A DNA stretch of 64,000 nucleotides from Ramazzottius varieornatus (Eukaryota; Animalia; Tardigrada), in assembly GCA_001949185.1 (NCBI GenBank), contig BDGG01000005.1, positions 496,001-560,000 on the forward strand, in the 5' to 3' direction. Below the pieces are notes generated by a model that saw nothing but the letters and a program-made list of their open reading frames with translations, did no database searches and had not been told where the DNA came from. Within the stretch, counting starts at the first letter, position 1. Each line of letters begins with the position of its first letter. Of this stretch, positions 28,924 to 41,748 are shown piece by piece. The position numbers and the translations under genes were made by a program.

Positions 28924-31707
28924 ATGGGCGGATTTATTCGCTGTGGGCAGAAACTGTCCAACCGATGCTGGACCTGGTCGACCAGCCGGAAAGGCGCTCC
29001 CATCTTTTTCGGTCTTTTTCTGGGGTTCTTCCTCGAGCTCTCGTATTACAACCCTAGTCTTTCATCTACCTGCGATCGCGAGCGGACAGTGATGCTGGAC
29101 GATATCAGTAAACCGGATTATACTGCTTTCGTCCTTCCTGCACCTAAACCACTAGGCGATGTGGATTACGAGCCGGAAATACTAATCGACAACCGAAAGA
29201 TCCCACCTTCCGTGCAGAAAGCCGCCCATCCGGTTCGTCCTCGATACTATGCATCGGAACTGGGCATCCATGACACGCTATACGTGGCCGTGGCTTCGGC
29301 CAGTGTCCATACCCTGGAAACTTTGGGTGTAGCTCTCAATAAAACGGCCGCACAATACCTGCAAAAAATCTCTTTCTTTGTCAATTCTCAATCGCCTGAT
29401 CTCCCGTTACAATACCAAAATGATTCCATGACCATCATTCGCGCGGCGGACGCTGGTGAAAAGGTCCACCCGTTGCTGATACTGAAGTTCCTTGTTGAAC
29501 ATCATATGGATAGTTATGACTGGTTCTTCCTGACGCCAGATTCAACTTTTATTCGCGGAAATGAGATGGAAAAGTTTATCAGGAGGAAACTTAGCGTGGG
29601 TGGAGTGGAGTACCTGGGTACAGCGCTGGAAGGTCCACGGAAGAGCTTTTGTGACTTTGACGGTGGAATATTGTTTAGTCAGGGTCTGATGCGTTTGATC
29701 TCACAGTCCATGCCGGCGTGCTTGAAGTTCTTGAATGTGGAGGATGTGTCTGTTGGAATTGGAAGTTGTGTGGAGAAGGCTTCTGGTCTACGCTGTGGGA
29801 AGACTTCCAAGGTTAGCTGCTGAACATCTTAATCCCGACGTCAGTGACTCAAAGTATAGTGCCTCCTGTTTGCAGACTGTGATTTTTCCCTCGTTTCGTC
29901 TGGCAAATTCGAACTCTCTGGACTCCCAAGATACGGCCTACCAGCTCGTGGAATCGGAAGAGGCTCTTCGGTCCGCTCTGACGATCTACAGCCTTTCCCA
30001 GCCAGAGCAGTACTACCGGCTGCACCTTGAACTCAGCCAGAGAAAAATTGCCGAGATGGAACAGACTATCGAAGAACTCCAGGAAGACATTGTCAAACAG
30101 AGTCCGCATACACCAGCGAAAGGCGAAGACCTGAAGTGGCCAGTTGGCGTCAACGCACCGACCATCCCAAAGAACCGTTTTGATCTCGTCGAGTGGACCT
30201 ACTTCAACGAGACGCACCTGTTTCGTCCTGATGACTCTCGAGTCGTGATTCCATTGGTTGGTTCTTACCTGAAGAGCATCCAAATGGTTCTCTTACATGC
30301 CAGAAAAGAAATGGAAGGTCGACATGCAGCAGACGATCTGAAATTCGTCAGTCTACAAAACGGTTATGTGAGGTTCGACCCCGCTCGCGGGTTGGAGTAC
30401 CTTCTGGACATGGAATTCCAGGTTCGAAATGTTTCATCAAAGATCCCTCCGGAGATGAAAATCATTTAGAAGAAAGATTTTGCTGATTTTCTGCAGTACT
30501 GTATAAATACATTTCGAGTAATTATTATCGTACTGTACTGTAGGTTGGAGGAACTTCCGCTGGGAACGCCCCAGCTCCGCAAGAAGTCGACGGTGCGATG
30601 GAGAATGAAATGCCCAACAACGCAGCTTCAAACAGCAAAATCACCAGAGTGGTCAAGCGGGTGCGACTACTGCGGGCATTGGGAAAGATGGAACAGATCT
30701 CTTTGCCGTTCGTTACCGAGAATTCACGGGTTCACATAACAATGCCTCTGGCTGCAGCTGACGTAGCAGACGCCCTGGTTTTCCTCCAAAAGTTTGTCAA
30801 GGTGCATCTTGAAACTCAGGACAACGTCTTCCTCATGTTCGTTCTGATCTACGGACCGAACGAACCGGGAAAAGACAGTCTGGTGGACGTCTTCCGAAAG
30901 CTGAAAGTCGAAGCCAAGGAGGTTGAGAAACGGTTCACTAAAACTTTAGGTAAGACCTCGTCGACAAACGATAAACTGGACAACTGGCGTTACTTCAGTG
31001 TCCACAGAAGCGGCAACTGAACTCTTCTTACAGGAGCTCGTTTGGGCTGGGTCAGCATAAGGAATCCGCTAGAAACTCCACCGTCAGAGCTCGCCATTAT
31101 GGACCTGGTCGCCCGGAAGTTCAGCAAGGACTCCATCGTTCTGCGATCCACTCCCAGCCTCGAACCCTCAGCAGACCTTCTTAATCGCGTTCGACTGACC
31201 ACCATACCTGGCTGCCAAGCATACTTCCCGATACCTTTTATGGAGTACCTTCCTAACATTACCCATCGTGGCCGTTCTGACTTGGACAAGGACGACTTGG
31301 ACATCAAAAGACAGCTTGGCCACTTCGATCGTGACTCTGTCGAGTACGGGGCGTTCTACATTTCAGATTATGTAGCAGCCCGAAAGAGCATAGCGGCAGA
31401 GTGGCCAGTGGTCACGCAAGATCGTGACATCCGGAACGAGTATCCGCGACCTAGTTTGACGGGAAAGGTTTACGATTTGTATTCTCTATTCCTCACGCTA
31501 GATATCCATCTCTTCCGGGCGGTTGAACCGGCACTAAAGGTTCGTTACAAGGCCCCAAAATGCGAAGGCTTGAAGGACCCGAACTTGGATGGCCGTTTGC
31601 TCGAGCGATGTGAACGACGACTTCCGGCAAGTTTGGCTAATAAACAGCAGCTTTCTCTGTTTATCGCCTATCGAGAAGCCCAACCAGAAAGTCGTGGTCA
31701 GAACTGA
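28924..31707 (+). CDS. CHPF: Chondroitin polymerizing factor (chondroitin sulfate synthase 2), multi-exon
   Basis: Type II membrane anchor, RPRYYASELG, LGVALNKT, YDWFFL, WPVGVNAP..P.NRFD, RFDPARGLEYLLD, LPFVTE, LNRVRLTTIPG.QAYFPIPF, FRAVEPAL. Confidence 0.92.
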
Positions 31708-31982
31708 GCGATATAACGATATTTGACTCGTCGTTATAATTTTCGCATTCATGGCTCTGCTCCTATAATCCTGTTTCCTCTAACGATCTTTGCTATGTGC
31801 GCATTTTGGTAGTTTTTTGAGCGCGCTTATACACGAAGCCACAGCCGAGAAAACCCAGTTCTTGGTTGGAGCCTGTTGCTGTGAAAAATGCAATGGCGAC
31901 GACGACGGTTAATCTCAGTTCTAGCAAAGAGCTCAAAAGGCTGGATGAATACTCTACAAGGTGAGCAAAAACCACTGGCAAG

Positions 31983-34900
31983 TTACAAAGCTACAACACT
32001 AGTTTCTTCTTTGATCGGTACAAGAGCATCTGTCCCTGGCGGACTTTCCTGGTCCGGGTTGAGCGGCGCGCACTCGGGCAAGTAGGACAACCGTCGGAAA
32101 GATGAACCACCAGGGGAACCCTTACTGGCAACCTTCACTCCCAGGCCTGACGTCAGACTTCCCGAGGAATCCTGCCACTGGAAGACACCTGGACGGCGTG
32201 ACTTAGAGTTAGGGGACGGAGTCTTGCATTTAACTGAGTCTTGGTGAGCATAAAACTGCGAAGGACGACGAACGTCGGGCGACGGCGACGCAGAATTGGT
32301 ACCGGCACCATTGCGGTGTTTCTGTTGCACACTTACAGTATTACTTGACTGGTCATGTCATATGACATTACAGGACTCTGCTTACTGATCTGATGGAGCT
32401 GTGGTTGACCGTGGAAGAACGAGTGCGGTTTAGAACGTACGATTCGCGGCGCGTCCTAAGATCTCGTCGAGTCAGATCGACGACCTACCAAATCCATAAA
32501 ATACCGATTAGTATGTAGACGGAGAGAGGCCGGAGATTTTCGTAGGCGTTTCTGCGCAAGCGTGCCAGTTTAAAGCGTGTTGTAAGTTAAACTGTCAACA
32601 ACAAAGAAACGTGGGCGTTCGTGGCAGTAAGTCATGGCAAATAAACAAACTGGGACTAGCCGAAATTAGCTGAAATCACAATATCCCAAACGAAAGAACC
32701 CAATGCCATATCAGTCAGAATTAGACTAGGATGTGCTCACAACGGGTTTAGAAAGCTCACTGCATGCAGTATTATCATCGGATGTTTTATGAGTTTTGAA
32801 TTCGGTGCATGTGGTTCCAGAACTGGCGGACATGCTCATACGAGTGCGGTACATTCCCGAAGCAACGGGCACTTCGTGCATGGACAAATACTGGCGAACT
32901 GCGCGAGTACACATTTCTCGTACCTCCCCGTTGAAGAAGCAGAAAATGAGGGAAACGAAGAGACCCTGCAACACACAAGCACACCACATCGTCAGATTTA
33001 TCTCATTTTTCAGCGAACCGGAAACGCTCATCGCTCGAAACCATTCCTGCTTCTTGTCAAATAGCCCGTAAAGCGTGATCGTTACCTGGAGCGAAGTGAA
33101 GACCGCCGAGGCGATATCATAGGCAAACGTAACATCAGCGCCTGCCGATGCTTCCTCCGGCCGGAACGGAAAGAGAATGTACTGGAGACCCAGCAAAGGC
33201 ACTAGAATCAGCGTGGCTTTCACTGCTTTCCTCGTATGGTGATCCTGAAAGCAATGTTCTATATAGCTACTGTATTCTTCTCCAGAAACTTATCGAAAGG
33301 AAGGAAATTGATTCTGACTTTTGATTTCCTTATTACGCGGATCGTCAAAGTAAGTCAAAACAGAACCGTCCATTGAGACACGCTTCACATACCTCGCGTG
33401 AGTTGGTGGCACGCATCTTAGTGATCAGGACTCTCACGATGTTACACAGAAATATGAGATTCGCCTGCAATGAGAATAAAGCGTTCAATGAAACATTACT
33501 CATGAAGCAAACATTGTGGGAAACCATAAAATCGAGCATTACGAGGAAGCCTACAAAATTAGAAAACATAGTGTGGCGATTTTCGTCCACCTGCGTACAG
33601 CGAACCATTAGAGTGTTGCGCTACTCTGTATGCAGGTGAGTGTAAACGAGGTTCAGGAATTTCACATGGATTTGAAATTTAAACGAGAACATTATCAATA
33701 AAATGAATTTCCGCTGTGACGTCACCGCGAGATCCTGCAATTACTGTTCGAGGGTCCCTCAAAGGCTCCCCTGGGACTGTACATTTATTCTCAAGACATG
33801 GTGCTTGATGCATGGTGCGTGATAGGAAGACGTCCCTAAACGCCCAGGACGACATCCCTTTGCTTACCAATAGTGAGATGATGACAGGAGCAGCCAGTAT
33901 GTACACATATGTGCCGGGGTTAATCCAGCATTTCTGATTCTCTTGGGCATCCAGAGCTCTCACTATCCCATAGCTCACGGCGGGTATTATCGGTAATCCC
34001 CAACCAATCGAATAAAAGATTTTCATCAATAACTCCGTCTTCACAAACGCAACGACCAAGACAGTGTGCAAATATAGTCCTTCACAGAACATCCTAAAAC
34101 CCCAAATAAAATTAAAGTCGATGATACTTCTTAAATTAAGTTTCACTGAGAAGTTGGCAAAACGGAAAGGAGATAGTGAAAAAAATGAATATTGCGAAGC
34201 CTATCTGACAATTGAGACCAAAGAAACAAACTCGAAAAGATCGCTAACCGGGCAGCGCAGGCTTCCAGCCTGCTGTCCTACCTTCCTCCATGGCACGTAA
34301 TTTGGAAAAGAAAAAAATATCACCAAAATACATGCAGACGAAACTTTGCCCAAAGTATATTATACAAATGTACACACGTACTTTGGCAAGATACCAAGAT
34401 TTGATTAATACCGTGTCACGCTATCAAGGTAATTGGGGAACCGGGAAGATTTAGCTGCCGCCGAACTTGACCCTGCGAGCCCCCATATCATATGTAAAAC
34501 GCGTGACACAATATCAAGCAAATGTTGGATCTGGCCAGAAATACCTGTGAAACTGGGAAAAGACATCTGGTGGTGAATGGCCTCCCAGATTAGGAAAACG
34601 ATCTTGTCGAGTTTGTTTGCCGATCGAGTATCCATAATTATAATGTCCTAATTTTTTGGAGTCTTGGGACTTGTTGACTGAAACTAACAGTGACGGTTCC
34701 ACAAATATCTTACCAAAAATAATTGCAGACGAGGACGTAACGGATGAAGACATGGAAGAGCCGACAGGCCCACTGCAAAAAAGAGACCATTAAGCATCGA
34801 GTCTTCGGCTCTTGAATTTTAAAATTTGGGTTCTCGACAGGAAGCCATTACTGCCTTCCATTACGAATGCTAATTCTGATGTGGAATCAAGTGTACTTTG

Positions 34901-36672
34901 CCGGATAGAGCCCTTTTTCGTAACGACACTGGAACGACGTGTCATTAATTCGTGTGAAGCATTCGATAAAGACATACTGGTAGTCATTACAGACCTAGAC
35001 TTCCCTATCAACCTACACCATTAATCCGCTAATGGACGACTTCATTCGATTGGAAGAGCTCGGAATACTCTTAGGATATTGTACATACGCTATTCTCTTT
35101 GACGACATCGGTGTTAGGCGTGATGGCGGTGTCATGGATGATCCACACGATGTTGTGGACAATGAAAGACACGAAGAGTTGCTTGTGGATTGACACTCGG
35201 GTACTCCGAAGTTGCCGGAAGTAGCAGAATATGAACAGGGAAATCAGCAGGAAGAACAAGGAAATGGAGTAGCCAACCAAGTAAATTTGATTGATGGTTT
35301 GCTGTCTCTACGGACACACAGAAAACCATAAGTTACAAAGAAAAGACCCTTAGGGTTTTTCACCGTTCTTCTGGCCCAAAGTTCAAAAGTCGAATTCTCC
35401 TTATGGATAGAGTGACCGCCTTATCGGTATACTGTACTCGCCATTTGTCAAATTGATCATATCCCGTGATGGCATTTACGCGGACCGATCTAGCATAATT
35501 TCGTGCAATGAACGTTTTCCTCTACGCTTCCCGTAAGCCTTAGGCGTAGGGGTATAACGCCAGTGCTGCGCACTTACCGACAAATACTCCGAATTGATGC
35601 ACGTGGTGTAATTACTCCATGGGTTCCCCGTTTCCTGAAAGACAACGCATTAACATCAAAAAGGTGCAAGATATTCCGCTGCATGAAAGGAGCATTTTCT
35701 GTCGGTTCGACGAGGGACTTCGTTCTTCCGGAAAACGTTCACCACATCGAAGTGATAACCTGCCATTATTCAAAATTACTCGCTCCCCGTGAGGTTTTCC
35801 CGTTCGACCTGCCCATGCATAATGTAGCGCAAAAGCAGGCGCGCGAACACGATATGAATAATTTCACGGGACTTTGGACTCACCGGATGCACCCACCACT
35901 CACCATCCGCATTGCAATCCTTGAACGCGGTCACTGCAATCTCAGAACATCCGTGTCAAAACTTTACCCGCTTCTGAATTTGTCATTTTCAGACGAAAAC
36001 ACTCTTTATAAACTGTATTTGAGAGTGTTTCCGCCTCGTTCAAATCGAATTTTCTTGGGTTAATCTCAATTGCTCGATCTGTCCACACTCGATAACAGCT
36101 AATTATATTAGTAACTTACGCTTTGCGTCGAAGCCTTCGTTAGCCCAAGTCGGACATGGAATGAAGGCCCGAGTTCCTGCCAACGTGTCATTCCAGCATC
36201 CCCATCCGTCAAAGGTCCGATTACAGTAGACCTGACCTGTGATCACAAGATGCAAGTTGCGTCATTCAGTTTATTTTCCAAGGCCAGTTTTATTAATTTT
36301 GCTTCTTTATGCAGTATCTGAGAGACCGGCAAGCGATGAGTAAATAGACATTGTTATTTTAAGTGGCGCACACTTCCAGTCACCATCAACGTGAACGTGC
36401 GCCACTTGGATAAACAGCCAGCTGATAACATCGGCATAGTGCGCCACTTGACATAACCGATCTCGTGCGTTTCGTTTGCGGATCTTCCAATTTTGCTTAC
36501 CGTCTTGCGGATAGGGTTGGTCGAAGATTTTGTCGCGGCACTCGGACAGCGCCGCATGTTGTTTGGCGATAAACTCAAACTTATAATGGGGCAGCTCATC
36601 AATCACTTCGTCTCCCTGTAACTCGATTTCCTCCTCCGTTTCATTGTGAGCAGCCAGATAGATATCCTCCAT
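31983..36672 (-). CDS. Class B GPCR, calcitonin/DH31 receptor-like, multi-exon, with two possible C-terminal tails (stop at 32726 or 31983)
   Basis: Hormone-binding domain YCNRTFDGWGCWNDT..CP..C..DGEWWVHP..WSNYTTC; TM1 GYSISL; RVSIHKQLF; NYFWMFCEGLYLH; IGWGLP; NIVRVLITK; KAVKATLILVPLLGLQY; SLQGLFVSLIFCFFNGEV. No signal peptide is visible after Met 36672. Confidence 0.93.
34372..34549. mobile_element. Degenerate inverted-repeat element in a GPCR intron
   Basis: Left cacacgtactttggcaagataccaagatttgattaataccgtgtcacgc versus reverse complement of right cacaggtatttctggccagatccaacatttgcttgatattgtgtcacgc. Confidence 0.6.
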
Positions 36673-39600
36673 CACAGTCAGAAGCGCGTGAAGTCCGTAA
36701 GCGCATTTATCTCTATCTTTCCTCCACAAAAACTCTCATCGGAAAACCTCATCTGTCAACAGCAAAAGACGTGCCGGTCAGAATAATACCCCAATCATTC
36801 TCCATAAAATCCGTACTGAGCGATTATTAAATAGTCGCGCCACACATACGGTACGATAATTGTACTACGTCGGTGGAATAGCGAAAAAACATCACATTGA
36901 CAGACCAAGACAGCGCCAAAGCCAGAGGAGTAAAACGTCGTTAATAAACCTTCCGCCTCGATTAATAGGGCAATAATTTCCCGTTGGGCCTACTGCGCAA
37001 TCCAACCCCGCAAAGAGAGGTTGGTTCTCGCTGGCATCACTGCACGGTCATGATTGATGCATAATAACAACTGTCCTTTTACTAATAATTCCCCTCACGA
37101 CCTTGTGAGCCATCATAATGCACGGCGGGAATAAGGAAAGGAATAAAGCATTATGTGTCTCTTCCTCATTGACAACGGAAAAGCCGTCAGCAGCTCAAGA
37201 GACTCGCCGATAAAGGGACTCACTTCTCCATTTCGAGCTTTTCAGCACGATCATTATTATCACGATAAGCAAAAGTCTTTTTGAATCATCGCAAACGATG
37301 CCTGCCTTACGTGCCGGGAACCCTCTTCACATCTTGAGCCCAGCCATAACACCAACGTGCTTACATGTATTCCGACTACAAATCCAGGCTGTTACACGGT
37401 TATTGTGTTTCGTCAAAGCAGCGGAGAAGCACAGGAAGATTGAAATAAGAGGAAGACTCAAATAAGGGGAAGACAGTTACAATGCCGGCGGACATGCGTC
37501 ATTAGGCTCTGCTGCACACTGATCAACCCTGGCGACCTTGTTTCGATGCGTGTATATTCCACGAATATCCAAAGCGATCCGGCACTGAAACCCTGGTATC
37601 TTGAAAGGTAGCAAGAAAATTCACAGCTTCCCCGATAAGTTCAAGGGATATTCCAAGCTCCATTGGAGAATATTACACGGACCGAAAGTCGACCAAAATA
37701 AACTCAAACGGCAGTTTCCGAAATGTATAACATATTAAACGGATAAAGTTTCCCCGCCCACACCACCAACTTCTTCTCGGGTTCCTTGACGATGTGCCAC
37801 ATGCAGCGATCACTCAAAACCGTGACGCTTCGCGAAATCACATGCAACGGGAGCTGCATGCACTGCAACAAGGTTCTCTGAGCTTCCCTGTGGGTTTCTG
37901 AAGATGCTCAGCGTGAAGACTCGAGCAAGCGGAGTCTCTATTCCACTTGCGCACAAGCCTGAAGCCTCCAGCCAGTATACAAGATGATCAGGAGGAAGAG
38001 CTACAGATCATGCTGCTTTTAGTGACAGTGTGTATGTGCTTCTGGCTCTTCGTGACTCTTTGTAAAGGACACTGCGGTAACGTGTTCACAGATCGTCAAG
38101 TTAACCTTGCGGAATCCTGTATCGTACCAACACAAAGATCACCGCCCGAGCGTTGAGAGATGGGCGTACTGTAATTTCTCTGGAGACCCTTCGTGTACGT
38201 TCGGCCTTTCCCCTCTCTAATGACCTTTCATATTAGCTCCGAAACCCAACCGTGAATCAAAACAGGATACCCGCGTGCCAGCTTCCGTAAACTTACTACT
38301 ATCAATGTCAATCACGCAACTGCCTAGTGCTGACATCTAATAGATCTCTCTGTGGACATGTATGGCTGATGTATGCACGTGGGAAATTGATAGACCATAT
38401 CGGTGATAAATAGTCATAATAACAAAACAGGCGATAAAAAATCTGGCGTTACTCGGTCCTGAAGACATAATAAACATATTTTGACGGTGCGGTGACACGA
38501 ACTGTCGGGAATCTGACTTGCAATAGGTTAAACCCGTATATATCATATGCGGACATGTCACCGGGAAGACCTCGTCCATCAAAAGCGTTCAGCTTACGTC
38601 CTATCGAAAATTTGAAATTTATCAAAAGTCAATACAACATTTACTCAAAAAAATTCTGATGTAATTTTAAACGGAGCTAAAAATTCGACATGAACGTAAA
38701 ATACAGTTATTTTTATCGCTGAAGAATAAATTAACTAAATCATATTTGGCTTTTACCAGACAGTTCACGTTTACAGGGAGAAATTCGCGTACGCTGTTTT
38801 CCTTGAAAAGCTACTTTAAGATAATTAAACATCACGTCTGTTGCTTTCTTAGATGTTGGAAACCGCATTACTGCGTGTGATATAACCAACAGGTTGTCAC
38901 ACACAAAAAATGGACCTGGTGTAGGGCGGAAGCGTACACTGCGCTGCCAAAAGACATCCAACTGACATCGTAAACGCCGGAGAAAGAAGCCGGCGGAACA
39001 TCAGTTGTGCAGCACGACACATGCTTGACACTCAAAAAGTACGACGTAAATGAGAGGACGTGAAAAGAGATGATGGCCGTCATCAAAGAATATCCAAATT
39101 GACAATAATTGGACGCCTAAAAAAAGAATCTCTTCTCGAACGCGAGGAACTCCACAAACGGAGACCTTCGATGCTGGCAAGGCTCGCTCGTCAAGCGTGA
39201 CGTAATTACAGATAATTTCAAGGACCTCGACAAAAAAGAATTCGGCTTTGTCATGAATAGATCGCATTAAGAAGTGTGACAAAAGCAATTATCTTTGGCC
39301 ATAACCAGTGATGCAACCTCCAAGTTTCCTGCCTGTTTAGGGGGAATCTTGCGAAGCCGAGTTTGAATTACCTCAATAGGATAAAGCCGAAGGTGACTCG
39401 ATTCAAGTATCAACGAATAATAAAAGTCAAGTTGCTGAACTTGAAGTCCATACCCGAAGCACTTTGAAATCGACTCCGAAATTTTTCTTGCACATGCGAT
39501 GCAATCTTTGTTTCACCGGTTAAAGTACGAGCAACAGTTACGCCTCGAAAAGACTCAAAGCAGCAAAGCGTCTAGCTTAATTCTGCTTGTCAACACACAA

Positions 39601-41748
39601 GCTTGTCATACAGTACACGAAACGAATAAGCTTAGAACCTACCAGAAACGGACTGAAGAACGATAGCAAAACGTACACACGTTCAACGGGCGATCGGAAC
39701 TCAGAAAGACACCGCCACTGGTCCGTCAAGACAACTCGACGAGGGAAACATCTCCCACGATATAAGATGCAGATCTGTAAATCAAAGCGTCGACTATTGT
39801 GGCGCAGCAAGCTGGCAAAACGAAGCCGGTGGAATGAGAAATCTTTAGTGCCAATCAAAACTTGTTGCGTGAATATCTGGGAGTCAGCAAGGGCAGGATC
39901 TGCGGAACATAAACATCAATAGAAAAGACCTCAACTCACTCATGCAAAGCATCCAGTCAATAAACAACTGGAAGGAAGTACGCGTACAGGCGTGCGAGCA
40001 GTTTGTTCTGGTTGTGGGTATTTCCGGCGACCTCGGATATCGCAAAGGAGACTTACAACGCAGGCTTCGTTAAGTGCCACCCATAAAAGAAGTTCGCCTG
40101 ACAAGTTCTGTCCTAAAAACCATCGACAAGTACTGTATGTGCTATCGCTGCCATCATGGTACGGAATTTTACTGTGACGAACCTTCCTTGCCGTACTCGA
40201 ACTGCCCGTAGGGTTTTCCGGTACAAAGAGCCTCCTTGTTGATCGACTAATTCTTGCTGTGTTGCTGTTGTACCACAACACTAACTGACTGAGCTGCATT
40301 AGCATAAATAAAAAGCAAAGATTGGTACTGTAATCCGCTCGTATCTCTGTTGTCGAGTACTAGGCAGACAAACAACAGATCTCTGTCGTATGGTGCGATG
40401 CGGACACGAGGAACAAGGGCTGCATTCCACCGCGATGACGTAACCCGTACGTTACGTCAGGCGCCAGTAAATCTGACCAAGGGCTTGTTGTTGTTTTTGC
40501 CTTATGTCGCAGTATCTGGCATACTTTCGCGTACAATGCCCCATCTTACTAAACATTTTCTTACGCTTTTACGTACAGTACCTGGAGGGAGTCATGACTT
40601 TTAGTTCTGCTGTAGGCTGCAAAATGGCTAGCTGTGACGTTATCTTGAGCATCGCGGACCTGCAACAGAAAAGAAGGGACGATATGTCCAGTTCTCTTCT
40701 TTCAAATCTTCTAACATTCATTCATGCAGATAACACTGTGAGGAAGATCTCCGAACAGATGTCGCCGTCACATTCAGTAAGATTCAAGATACCGTAAGCT
40801 GGTGGATGCAGGAGCAAGAAAAGCAGCTCACGTGCGGCGGAGTGTGGCAACTTCCGTTGACGGTTGCTGTGGTCAGAGTGAGCCACATTGGATTGCTTAC
40901 CTGGCTCATAGTACGTGGTCGCAAGCTTGCAGTCCGGCTTTTCCTTGTGAATTCTGGTAGCGCTGCCGAAGTCCACGGGCCTGCAACAGCCGACAGGTAA
41001 AGCTGCGAGTAATGTTAAATTTTCCGGGCGATGCTGGAGTTCCAAACTCCTCATTGTCTAATCTGTACTTACCTCAGTACATGGTTCGATGTGCTTTGCA
41101 ACAGGTGACCCGCTTCCGGCATCAGACCTTTACTGCTCTCGTAGTGTATCGTCCTCCTTATGCAGCTCAGCAAACAATCATGTTTAAGAAGTCCAGGCGA
41201 TCAGAATCTGGCTGGATAAGTTTCAACTTTTCCTTCGCGTTTGCGGTTTGCGTCGTTTGGTGCCTTTGGCGGTGCCTGGTGATGCCTCTGGTGATGCTAT
41301 AAAGCCTGCACCAGGTCGAAGGCGGGAACGGGAGTCGGTCCTGGGTTCGGGGGACTGACCCGAGTTACCCGATTCCCTTAGCCGGGTGAGGCCAGATCGA
41401 TTTGAGTCAGTTTTGCGCAAACTGTGTTGCTTACTTGCTTTCTCACTTTTGTACGATCTTCGAAGCTTTCTCTGGTCGTATACATAAACGACGTCTCCAC
41501 TGTCGGGCACCACCACTTCGCTGGATCGTCAAAGAAGTTGCAAAGCAGGTTGCATGTCCCTTATTCCATCGTGCAACTGCAACCTGTGTACGCGTGTAGT
41601 CCGTGTACCATTCTCTTTCTTCCAGAATCAGCCGAGAAAGGATTGCTGTTCGCTCCGTCTCTACTAGTGGACGATCAAAAAGACTGCTGGATACTGCGGA
41701 ATCGCACCTACGCATCTCCTGCATCGGACGAAAGCTCTTCTGAAAGAA

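Noticed and set aside
36750-41700. Short ORFs between the GPCR and acetyl-CoA synthetase
   Set aside because: No recognisable domains or consistent splice chain; probably UTR introns and regulatory DNA.
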